Assembly (NCBI GenBank): GCA_038217285.1 | Contig: JBBQPO010000062.1 | Span: 1 to 24,116 of the forward strand | DNA from: Chthonomonadales bacterium | Lineage (GTDB): Bacteria; Armatimonadota; Chthonomonadetes; Chthonomonadales; Chthonomonadaceae | Length of the DNA stretch: 24,116 nt | Reading direction: 5' to 3' | Shown: in pieces, positions 7,997-15,615 of the stretch | How the letters are laid out: every line of letters starts with the position of its first letter | How positions within the stretch are numbered: position 1 is the first letter of the stretch | Made by a program: the position numbers and the translations under genes | The notes under the pieces: generated by a model | The model's input: only the letters and a program-made list of their open reading frames with translations | The model's database searches: none | What the model was told of the DNA's origin: nothing

Positions 7997-8158
7997 CTAC
8001 ACGTGTTCACGGTCGAACGCAGAATCGGGAAGCACAGGCAGATTCTTGTTCCTCTGTGCGATCTCATCGAGTGCGTCATTAAACTGTTCATGGGTGGCCG
8101 TAAAATAGAAGTGGCTTCCGTCTAAAGCGTTTTGAACCGCTCCACGGGCGTTGCGTCG
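7997..8158 (-). pseudogene. Remnant of an antitoxin paralogous to 592-900 (C-terminal half only)
   Basis: Manual translation HFYFTATHEQFNDALDEIAQRNKNLPVLPDSAFDREHV* versus HFYFTATREQFNGALDEVAQMNKSLPVLTEAAFDRENLY. In-frame TAA upstream, no start codon, no PIN gene downstream. Confidence 0.85.
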
Positions 8159-8209
8159 TTACCCTATTGTATTTGCCGCTGCCGTCAGAGGATCGACCGG
8201 GCCTAGCGT

Positions 8210-9955
8210 CTAACGGTGATAGACGCCGAAGACAAGAGCAAGGACCAGAAGCAGGGCAATCAGCACGAGACGCTTTGGAACCGTGTGGGACGGCGTCCCA
8301 GTGACGGAGGGGACCGCCTTCTCGGAGATCACCTCCTCCCCGGCAGCATCGTCTCCCCTCGACTGATCCTCGTCTCTCTGCGCCCAGTGCCCATCCGGAA
8401 TAAAGTCCGGGCTATCGAAGTAGTATTGTCCTTCTGCCTGTAGGACTCGCTCGAAGAACTGAGGCAGGCCCGTGGCGATGACAACGGAGTTCGCCTTCGG
8501 CATGACCTGCTGTGAAGCATTCACAGGATCCGGTTCGAGCCGTCCCAGCACGATCCAGCACTCCCTTTTCAGGAGGCGCGGACGGTCGCCAGTGCGCCAG
8601 AAAGATACCCACGTAAAGCCGATACTGCGCCCGTCTGCCAGATCCGCGAAGCGGACATAGGAGGCACCCCTATCGTTGTGCAGGGTGAAAGAGCTGGAAC
8701 GGAGCAGCCTCCAGGGATGGTCGGTCTCCGCGAACAGTTTGCCTCCATCGCAATGGCACATCATCTCAACGAACTCTACTGGAATGGAGACCCATTCCAG
8801 TACCAGTCGCTCGAAGCCGGGCGCATACCTTGGCGGGTTCAGCGTATGCTCACGCGCCAATTTCTCCAGAATATCCGTCAAGGCGCTCCGCTCCTGAACG
8901 CCCCAACCCACTTCCGCTTGCACGCAGCCGGTGAGTGGATCCTGCGTGACTCCGAAGAAGCCGCCAAGAAACTCAAGAGGAATGGCGGCAGAGGCTGATT
9001 CACCGAGTTCGAGGCTTACGGGTACACTGGAGAGGCCGTTGGGAAATAGTCTCAGGGGCAAACCGTCTTCTGCTGTCAACTGCGAACGAGGGATGCAGAG
9101 AAGGGGATTCACGACGTCTGGCCTCTCTTCTCGATTGAGAAGGTACGGGAAGAGATCGGCGATCCATCCGGTGATCGTGTCGCCTCCGTACGCCTCTTTC
9201 GGTTTGTAGATCTGCTGCCAGAACTGGATCGGAGGGCGTCCTTCCGCCGTGGCGATGAAAGCGTCGCAGAGGGGAAGGAGTCGGTCCGTCCACCAACTCA
9301 ATCGGTAGGGCGCGAGCCGCTCGACTCGCTCCCGAATCGTCCTCCAGTCCCCTACCGTGCCGTACAGGGTAATTGTCGGGATGCCGCAGATACAACGCAC
9401 TGCATAGTCGAAGTAATGTTGGAACGCCTCCATCATGACCACCTGGCTGGCGATGCGGATGACCGGTGTGGTGGTGCTGAAGTCGCAGAGCAGCGTGTCG
9501 TGGAGATCGGGAGCGATGTGGCTTGCAATCTGTTGCGTCCACTGGTTCGCCGCATCGGCCCAGTCTTCCTGGCGCGTCACTTGCTTCACCTCCGCACGAA
9601 GCAGCATTTTGCCTTCGTGGCGCATCAGAAGAGGACGCAGATCTTCCTGATGGTTGTTGGCATGCTGCGCGAAGCCCTGGGCAATCGTGAGCCAGATCAC
9701 ATCAGGAGTGAGGGCCAGAGGCAGATGTCTGCTGAACGCGAGATGGACGGCGCTGAGGAGGGCATGGCACCCGTCGTCCTCCACGACCCGGAAATGGGAG
9801 GGATGGCTTGTGACCCGCAGAGAGCGTTCCGTCATCTTCTCCACTCTTGTCCAGAGAGAAACACTGGGGAAACGAGCCGCGCCGTGCTTGACGGAGTCTA
9901 CAGCGAAGGTGATCTTGTTCCGGTCGTCAGAGACGCGGTAGGTGGGAGCGACCAT
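8210..9955 (-). CDS. DUF4419-domain protein with possible SMI1/KNR4-like C-terminal domain and terminal TM helix (581 aa)
   Basis: AFSRHLPLALTPDVIWLTIAQGFAQH, CDFSTTT, YFDY...CGIPTITLYGTVGDW and ITGWI match remembered DUF4419 motifs. Hydrophobic C-terminal LVLIALLLVLALVFGV. Confidence 0.8.
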   Translation of the reverse strand: MVAPTYRVSDDRNKITFAVDSVKHGAARFPSVSLWTRVEKMTERSLRVTSHPSHFRVVEDDGCHALLSAVHLAFSRHLPLALTPDVIWLTIAQGFAQHANNHQEDLRPLLMRHEGKMLLRAEVKQVTRQEDWADAANQWTQQIASHIAPDLHDTLLCDFSTTTPVIRIASQVVMMEAFQHYFDYAVRCICGIPTITLYGTVGDWRTIRERVERLAPYRLSWWTDRLLPLCDAFIATAEGRPPIQFWQQIYKPKEAYGGDTITGWIADLFPYLLNREERPDVVNPLLCIPRSQLTAEDGLPLRLFPNGLSSVPVSLELGESASAAIPLEFLGGFFGVTQDPLTGCVQAEVGWGVQERSALTDILEKLAREHTLNPPRYAPGFERLVLEWVSIPVEFVEMMCHCDGGKLFAETDHPWRLLRSSSFTLHNDRGASYVRFADLADGRSIGFTWVSFWRTGDRPRLLKRECWIVLGRLEPDPVNASQQVMPKANSVVIATGLPQFFERVLQAEGQYYFDSPDFIPDGHWAQRDEDQSRGDDAAGEEVISEKAVPSVTGTPSHTVPKRLVLIALLLVLALVFGVYHR

Positions 9956-9992
9956 TTTTGCCCTCTCCTTGGGAACAGGGTAGAAAACTCTC

Positions 9993-10166
9993 CTATGCTC
10001 TGTTCGACGTGCGTACGTCCCAATCGTAGTCGATCACCTCCGGGACGTAAATGTGATGACCGGTTGCAAGGCAGGCAGCGGCCCAATGGGAGATGGTAAT
10101 CACTTCGGGGCTGCGGGCCGGACTGCATAGGAGCGCCAGCGGAGAGGAGTCCAGAAGGATATCCAT
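9993..10166 (-). pseudogene. Truncated PIN toxin, paralog of 6687-7142
   Basis: Not in the ORF track. MDILLDSSPLALLCSPARSPEVITISHWAAACLATGHHIYVPEVIDY|DWDVRTSNRA* (57 aa). Homology stops after VIDY (~10025). TGATG coupling to the antitoxin. Confidence 0.88.
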
Positions 10167-10495
10167 CAGGGAAAGACTAGCCTTTCCCCGGTCGCCGCTC
10201 GATTGGCGTTCAGGTTGCGTTTGAGTTCTTCCAGTTCTTGCTCGGCCTGACGTATTTCCTCCGGATCAGCCGTCGCATCCTCTTCCCTCCAGGACTGTAA
10301 CAGGGCAATAGCGGCTCTGGTCCTGGCGTCGATTTCTACGACCTGCTTCGCGTGCGCGATTTGTCTCATGTCAGCATCAGGCATGCGCTCATCCACCATT
10401 TGCTTGATAGCTTCGGCAGGAGGTAGTCCCTGCTGCAACGCCTGCGCGGCAATCCAGGCTTCTTCCTGCGGAGTAAATTCTATGGTCAGGGTCAT
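10166..10495 (-). CDS. Putative antitoxin (109 aa), paralog of 7139-7465
   Basis: MTLTIEFTPQEEAWI...ELEELKRNLNANRAATGERLVFP, GGAGG RBS. Confidence 0.85.
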   Translation of the reverse strand: MTLTIEFTPQEEAWIAAQALQQGLPPAEAIKQMVDERMPDADMRQIAHAKQVVEIDARTRAAIALLQSWREEDATADPEEIRQAEQELEELKRNLNANRAATGERLVFP

Positions 10496-10619
10496 GGCGA
10501 ACCTCCATCTACTGCGGTAGCTTCCTTATTGTACCAGAATTGTACCAGAACTGCTACGGCGCATCCCAGGGATGGAAGCAGACTTTGATGGCCTGCTGGC
10601 TTTCGAGGAGATCGATGGC
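10486..10619. repeat. Direct repeat copy B (intact dehydrogenase 3' end + leader) with an internal 11-bp tandem duplication
   Basis: Matches 891-1013. ATTGTACCAGA occurs twice in tandem (10528-10549). Confidence 0.95.
10527..10551 (-). promoter_or_regulatory. Conserved leader motif, copy 4, tandemly duplicated (GTTCTGGTACAATTCTGGTACAATA)
   Basis: 31 nt upstream of ATG 10495 and 2 nt after the dehydrogenase stop. Confidence 0.75.
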
Positions 10620-11537
10620 TTCGTTGTAGCGTTCGAGGGGAAGAGTATGCGTGACGAGGAGGGTCAGGTCGAGTTGGCCTGCAGTGATGAGGGCGACGGC
10701 GTACTCGGCGGCGGCGCGACTGTGGCCGGGATAGCCGCAGAGGCGCAGCATGGGGTGATAGTGGCGCGGGGTGAAGGCGTAGTCTTCGCGCTGCACTCCG
10801 AAGAGGGCGAGGGTGTTGCCGACATGATCCATGAGCCACTCGACGGAGCGCTTCGCGCCGACGCAGTCGATGCCGCAGTGCAGGGTCGTAGGCCTGGGGC
10901 GCGCGGGATAGAGGTCTTCGGGGGCGGAGCGAGGGTCGCAGGCGGCGTCGACGAGGTTGTGTTCGACGGCGAAGCGGCAGCGCTCGGCGGATAGATCGAA
11001 GCCGATGACAGCGGACGCTCCCTCCGCCCGCGCCATCTGCGCCGCGATCAGACCGGCCGGTCCCAGGCCGTTGACACCGACATTTTGGCCTGCCAGCACG
11101 TTCATTTCGCGCAGCATCAGGAAGGTCGCGCCGACGCACATCGCAAGCTCTACGGAGGCGGTCGCCTCGTAGGGCAGTTCAGCAGGGACCGGGATGACGC
11201 TCTCGGCGTTCAAAGCGACGAACTGCGCATAACAGCCCGGTCTGCCGTGCCCCGCATCGCGCCACGCGCTCACGCGCTGCCCGATGGTCAGCCCCTTCAC
11301 GCCCTCTCCCAGAGCCGCAATGGTTCCGGTCGCCTCATGGCCGGGCTGGCCCAGCGTGTAGGGGTAGTGGAAGCGGTGACCGAGAAACATCGGCTCGTCG
11401 TGGCGCAGGTGGAGATCCCACTGCGGACAGGTCGTCACCGCCTCCACACGCAGCAGAACCTCGCCCGGCCCCGGCTCCGGCACAGGCACGTCGAGGATGT
11501 CAAACGCCGGATACGCCCCGATCTGCAAGACTTTCAT
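10554..11537 (-). CDS. Zinc-binding MDR-family dehydrogenase (327 aa)
   Basis: GroES-like start (PEPGPGEVLLRV), TTC..D, GHE motif, Rossmann GLGPAG. No four-Cys structural zinc lobe. Confidence 0.92.
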   Translation of the reverse strand: MKVLQIGAYPAFDILDVPVPEPGPGEVLLRVEAVTTCPQWDLHLRHDEPMFLGHRFHYPYTLGQPGHEATGTIAALGEGVKGLTIGQRVSAWRDAGHGRPGCYAQFVALNAESVIPVPAELPYEATASVELAMCVGATFLMLREMNVLAGQNVGVNGLGPAGLIAAQMARAEGASAVIGFDLSAERCRFAVEHNLVDAACDPRSAPEDLYPARPRPTTLHCGIDCVGAKRSVEWLMDHVGNTLALFGVQREDYAFTPRHYHPMLRLCGYPGHSRAAAEYAVALITAGQLDLTLLVTHTLPLERYNEAIDLLESQQAIKVCFHPWDAP

Positions 11538-12541
11538 GCCGCTTCCTCCCAGTCCAGTATCACGCCCAGCACCGGCTCACGCCGGGACAGAATGAGGTCG
11601 AACGCTTGCGCCGCCTGCGCGACAGGGAAGTGGTGGGTGATGAGCGGCAGGGTCTGTAGGACGCCCTGCCGCAGCAGCTCCAGCGTTCGCTCGATCCGCT
11701 CGCCGGTCCATCCGGCGGGAGTGCGCAGGGTCATCTCGTAGTCGCGCATCTTCTGGACATCGATCTGCCCGGCCCGCCCATAGAAGCCCGCCGAGACGAA
11801 CTGGCTGAAACGGCGCATGGTCGGAAAGAGCGATTCCACCGTCGGAATCGAGCCAACGGTGTCTGCCACGACCTGCACCGTCCGTCCGGCCCATTCGCGT
11901 ACGGCCTCGATGGCATCCACCTCGCCGATGTTGACGCGCCGGTCGTCCGGCCCCGCCTCGAAAAGTTGCAGACGCTCCTCGTGCTTGCCCAGCATCAGCA
12001 CCCTGGCACCCCGATGCTTCAGGGTCTGCGCGGCCCACTGCCCCACCATCCCGTCCCCGATCACGACCGCCGCGTCGCCCGGTTTCATTGTGGGACACTG
12101 CCCGACGTTGTAACCGACCTGCGTCAATACAAGCCCGCTCGCCGCGACCGGATCGACATCGGGCGGCAGCCTCCACACCTGCGATTTGTGGGTGACGGAC
12201 GGGGAGATATGCCCACCGGACGAATAGAACATCCCCTCGACTCCGGAGACCGTCGCGAAAACGGTGTCGCCGACCGCGACATGGGAGACATTCGCGCCGA
12301 TACTCTGCACCACCCCCACCTTCTGATAGCCGGGAACATGGGGGAAAGGCAGCGGATCGGTATCGGAGCGCGGCGTGTCGCCTCCGATGCGCTCGCCGCG
12401 CACGAACGAGCCCTCCGTGCCGTTGCTGATCCAGGAGTGCGTCAGTCGAACCACCACATCCTCCGGGCCGGGATCGGGAACCGACACGGTCTGGAACGCG
12501 ACGCGCCCGCGCTCCACCGCGACAACCGCCTGCGCCTGCAT
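11534..12541 (-). CDS. MDR-family dehydrogenase-like protein (335 aa) lacking canonical catalytic-Zn ligands
   Basis: PDPGPEDVVV...ISNGTE...PGYQ, Rossmann GDGMVG, LITHHFP. ATGA overlap with the next gene. Confidence 0.9.
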   Translation of the reverse strand: MQAQAVVAVERGRVAFQTVSVPDPGPEDVVVRLTHSWISNGTEGSFVRGERIGGDTPRSDTDPLPFPHVPGYQKVGVVQSIGANVSHVAVGDTVFATVSGVEGMFYSSGGHISPSVTHKSQVWRLPPDVDPVAASGLVLTQVGYNVGQCPTMKPGDAAVVIGDGMVGQWAAQTLKHRGARVLMLGKHEERLQLFEAGPDDRRVNIGEVDAIEAVREWAGRTVQVVADTVGSIPTVESLFPTMRRFSQFVSAGFYGRAGQIDVQKMRDYEMTLRTPAGWTGERIERTLELLRQGVLQTLPLITHHFPVAQAAQAFDLILSRREPVLGVILDWEEAA

Positions 12542-12602
12542 AGAAGAACCTCCTCATCGAGAACTAAATAGATAGAGCCGGGACGGCAAAAGGCGAGGCA
12601 GT

Positions 12603-13649
12603 CTATGGCGGGGGAACGGCCATGGGGAGGCTGGTGGAGAGGAGCACGCGGTGATCCTGCCAGAAGGCTTCGACGCAGACAGACAGGCTGCCATAGTTGA
12701 GATACCAGAGAACGCCGGTGTCGATGGTCGGTTCGATCTGCACGGTGACCGGCTGTGTGACGGTCTCACCAGGGCCTACTTCCCAGCGGAAGACCTGCAT
12801 AGCGTTGGTAGCGGGACTGGTGACGCGCACACCGGGCGGCAGAATCATCTGAAACAGCCCGCCTTCCAGGCGTTCGCCGCCATTGTGGACACGTAGAGTG
12901 AGCTCGATATGATCTCCGGGTTCGATATCACGCACCTGTTCGCGCTCGATCCGCAGGCTCAGCATCCGTTCGCCCTCACCGATACGCCAGTCGCAGCCGG
13001 TCAGCGCGGGGCCAATGCCTTCGCTGTCCGATTTCGAGGCGCCTCCCTCGAGCCGCAGCCGCACATAGTCGGCGGTGACGTAGGCGTGCCACTCCAGGTT
13101 CCAGGCGCACTCGGTATTCGGGATCGGAGTACAGGCGTACTGGTTGAGCGGGTGCGTCAGGCAGAACTCGGTGAGCAAGGGATAGTCTAAAGGCTGCAGC
13201 AGCCGCAGCATCTTGCCGTGGGCCGTGGGGACGAAGCCGAGCCCGGTGTAGAGGCGATGTCCGGCGGTGTTGTCGATCTCTGTCTGGAGGAAGAGAAAAG
13301 CGAAGCCGCGCCGCGCCGCCTCTTCACGGCAGGCGCGCGTCAGCATCTGTCCCAGCCCCATACGCCGATAGTCCGGACGGACGCTCAGATTCACCAACTC
13401 CGCAAAGGGCGGGCAGAACGCCTCCAGCCCGACACGGGCTGCAATGACCCCGTCCACCTCCGCGACAATCTCCTTAAAATAGTGCTGGGCCTGCCACTCG
13501 GCATCCGCTTCCGGCAGGACACGGTGCCGAGTCGGCGCTTCGGCCCACCCTACCGACCACTGCACTGCCAGTGCGCGTGCCCGATCTTCCGAGCCGGAAG
13601 TTCGCAGCACGATCCTCGGCTCCTGCGGGGAACCTGCTTCTAATCTCAT
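12603..13649 (-). CDS. GNAT-family N-acetyltransferase with C-terminal extension (348 aa)
   Basis: LSVRPDYRRMGLGQML acetyl-CoA motif and N..GHRLYTGLGF. Beta-rich C-terminal region. Confidence 0.88.
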   Translation of the reverse strand: MRLEAGSPQEPRIVLRTSGSEDRARALAVQWSVGWAEAPTRHRVLPEADAEWQAQHYFKEIVAEVDGVIAARVGLEAFCPPFAELVNLSVRPDYRRMGLGQMLTRACREEAARRGFAFLFLQTEIDNTAGHRLYTGLGFVPTAHGKMLRLLQPLDYPLLTEFCLTHPLNQYACTPIPNTECAWNLEWHAYVTADYVRLRLEGGASKSDSEGIGPALTGCDWRIGEGERMLSLRIEREQVRDIEPGDHIELTLRVHNGGERLEGGLFQMILPPGVRVTSPATNAMQVFRWEVGPGETVTQPVTVQIEPTIDTGVLWYLNYGSLSVCVEAFWQDHRVLLSTSLPMAVPPP

Positions 13650-13902
13650 TGATCCGGTTTCCTTACTGTACCTGCACGATAGGGGTGATGATCTGCAATT
13701 TCTGCATGAGCGTCCGCGTCACGTCCGTTCGATTAGATTGCGCACAGTCTGTTGAGTTCCCTGCCGTAACTCTCCCGCGATGCATGACGACCGTGAAAAC
13801 CTCGTGTATTTATGGACGCCTGGAGAGTTGGGGTTATGATAACAGACGGCGAGGCTTTTTGGCAAGCGGATTGCTGCGCGCTCAAAACGGCAGAGGAGAA
13901 AC

Positions 13903-14064
13903 ATGTTTCGCTCTCGAACCGATGTCCAGCAACAGACAGCAGGGGTTGCAAACCGGGGAGTGATTGCCTTTCTGCATACGCCGCCATATCCCGTGATGAA
14001 TCAGCCCAAACGCAAGGAAAAAGAGATAAACGCAAAGGAAAAAAACCCTTCGGCGGTGAAATGA
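13903..14064 (+). CDS. Possible 53-aa small protein
   Basis: AGAGGAG 4 nt before ATG. MFRSRTDVQQQTAGVANRGVIAFLHTPPYPVMNQPKRKEKEINAKEKNPSAVK*. No recognised family. Confidence 0.3.
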   Translation: MFRSRTDVQQQTAGVANRGVIAFLHTPPYPVMNQPKRKEKEINAKEKNPSAVK

Positions 14065-14175
14065 GCATTAATAGCGACGCGCGGCGGGCCAACAGAGCCT
14101 GGTTTTTCTGTCTTTTCGCCCCGCTGCACTTTTCGACAATTGAGATGCACGGATCAGGACAACGGAGTTTTCGAC

Positions 14176-15615
14176 ATGGCACAACTTTTCAATATGCCGC
14201 AACTGGGCTCGACAATGGAGGAAGGCACGATCCTCAAATGGCACAAAAATGAGGGCGATACCGTGCGGACCGGAGAGGTACTACTGGAGATCGAGACCGA
14301 CAAGGCGTCGATGGAGGTCGAGTCGCCGGTAGATGGCGTGGTGCGTAAGATCCTCGCCCTGGCGGACGCCGTGGTGCCGATCCGACAGCCGATCGCGATT
14401 CTCGCCGGGGCCGAAGAGCCGATCGAGACGCTGCTCGCGGAAGCCGGTGTCGGGGGTCAGACGGCGAGCACAGGCGAGCCGAAATCAGCGGGAGATCTGC
14501 CGAAATCCTCCGCACCTGCGCCTTCCGCCGCCCTTCCCGCTCCCGCTTCCACCAACGGTATGGCGGCGCCTGTCTTCATTTCGCCGCGTGCGCGCCGGAT
14601 CGCGGATGAGAAAGGGGTGGCCGTCGCCCTGCTGGCAGGGCGCGGCACCGGGCCGCAAGGCCGGGTGATCGAGCGGGATGTCGAAGCTTTCGTCGCGGCG
14701 CAGGGCGCACGACCGGCGGCGGATACCGCAGGGCGCGCCACGCCGCGTACGACGCCGCTGGCCGCGCGTATGGCCGACGACCTGGGCATTAACCTGAACG
14801 ACCTGACGACCGGACTGCCCGGCAGCCGCGTTCGCAGCGAAGATGTGCTGCGTCATGCGGAGGCGGCGCGCCCGACGGCAGAGACCACTCCGGCCGCCGC
14901 GCCGAAATCGGAGAGCGCTCCTGCAGGCGTGAAGGTGCTTGCATTCGGGGGAATGCGCAAACGTATCGCCGACAATGTGGTGAAGTCGGCCTTTTCCGCG
15001 CCCCATGTGACCCTGACTCTGGAAGTAGACATGACCGCCTGCGCGGAGTTCCGTACGCGCCTCATTCCGGAGGTCGAAAAAGCCTACGGAACTCGCCTCT
15101 CCTTCACGGATGTACTGGTAAAGGCGACGGCGCGCGCGCTGGGGGAGCATCCGCTGCTGAACGCCGCTCTGGTCGGCAACGAGGTCCACCTGTTCGCGCA
15201 GAAAAACATCGGGGTCGCGGTCGCACTGGAAGAGGGCCTGATCGTCCCGGTAGTCAAAAGCGCGGAACAGAAGTCACTCGGCGTTATCTCGGCCGAACTC
15301 AAACAACTCGTCGAGCGCAGCCGAACCGGCAAGTTCACGCCGGACGATCTGTCGGGCGGCACATTCACGATTACCAACCTCGGCAGCTTCGGTATCGACG
15401 TGTTCGACCCGATCATCGTGACTGGCCAGGCGGCTATTCTCGGCGTGGGTCGCATTGCCGACAAGCCTGTGGTCGTTCAGAAAGAGGTTGTCATCCGCTC
15501 GATGATGAATCTCTGTCTTTCGTTCGACCATCGGATTCTGGACGGTGCGCCCGCCGCCCGCTTCCTGCAGCGCCTGAAGGAGTTGCTCGAAAATCCCATG
15601 ACCGTCCTTATTTGA
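14176..15615 (+). CDS. Dihydrolipoamide acyltransferase (E2 of a 2-oxoacid/acetoin dehydrogenase complex)
   Basis: Lipoyl domain IETDKA, two subunit-binding-like domains (SPRARRIA..GTGPQGRV and TPLAARMA..RVRSEDV), catalytic DHRILDG. ATG 14176 after GGAG. Confidence 0.95.
   Translation: MAQLFNMPQLGSTMEEGTILKWHKNEGDTVRTGEVLLEIETDKASMEVESPVDGVVRKILALADAVVPIRQPIAILAGAEEPIETLLAEAGVGGQTASTGEPKSAGDLPKSSAPAPSAALPAPASTNGMAAPVFISPRARRIADEKGVAVALLAGRGTGPQGRVIERDVEAFVAAQGARPAADTAGRATPRTTPLAARMADDLGINLNDLTTGLPGSRVRSEDVLRHAEAARPTAETTPAAAPKSESAPAGVKVLAFGGMRKRIADNVVKSAFSAPHVTLTLEVDMTACAEFRTRLIPEVEKAYGTRLSFTDVLVKATARALGEHPLLNAALVGNEVHLFAQKNIGVAVALEEGLIVPVVKSAEQKSLGVISAELKQLVERSRTGKFTPDDLSGGTFTITNLGSFGIDVFDPIIVTGQAAILGVGRIADKPVVVQKEVVIRSMMNLCLSFDHRILDGAPAARFLQRLKELLENPMTVLI

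Noticed and set aside
932-10551. Leader motif as a CRISPR repeat, integron attC, dif or LexA site
   Set aside because: Spacing is kilobases and irregular. There is no RYYYAAC...GTTRRRY pairing or XerC/D arm structure, and GTTC-N2-GTAC does not fit LexA box spacings I know.
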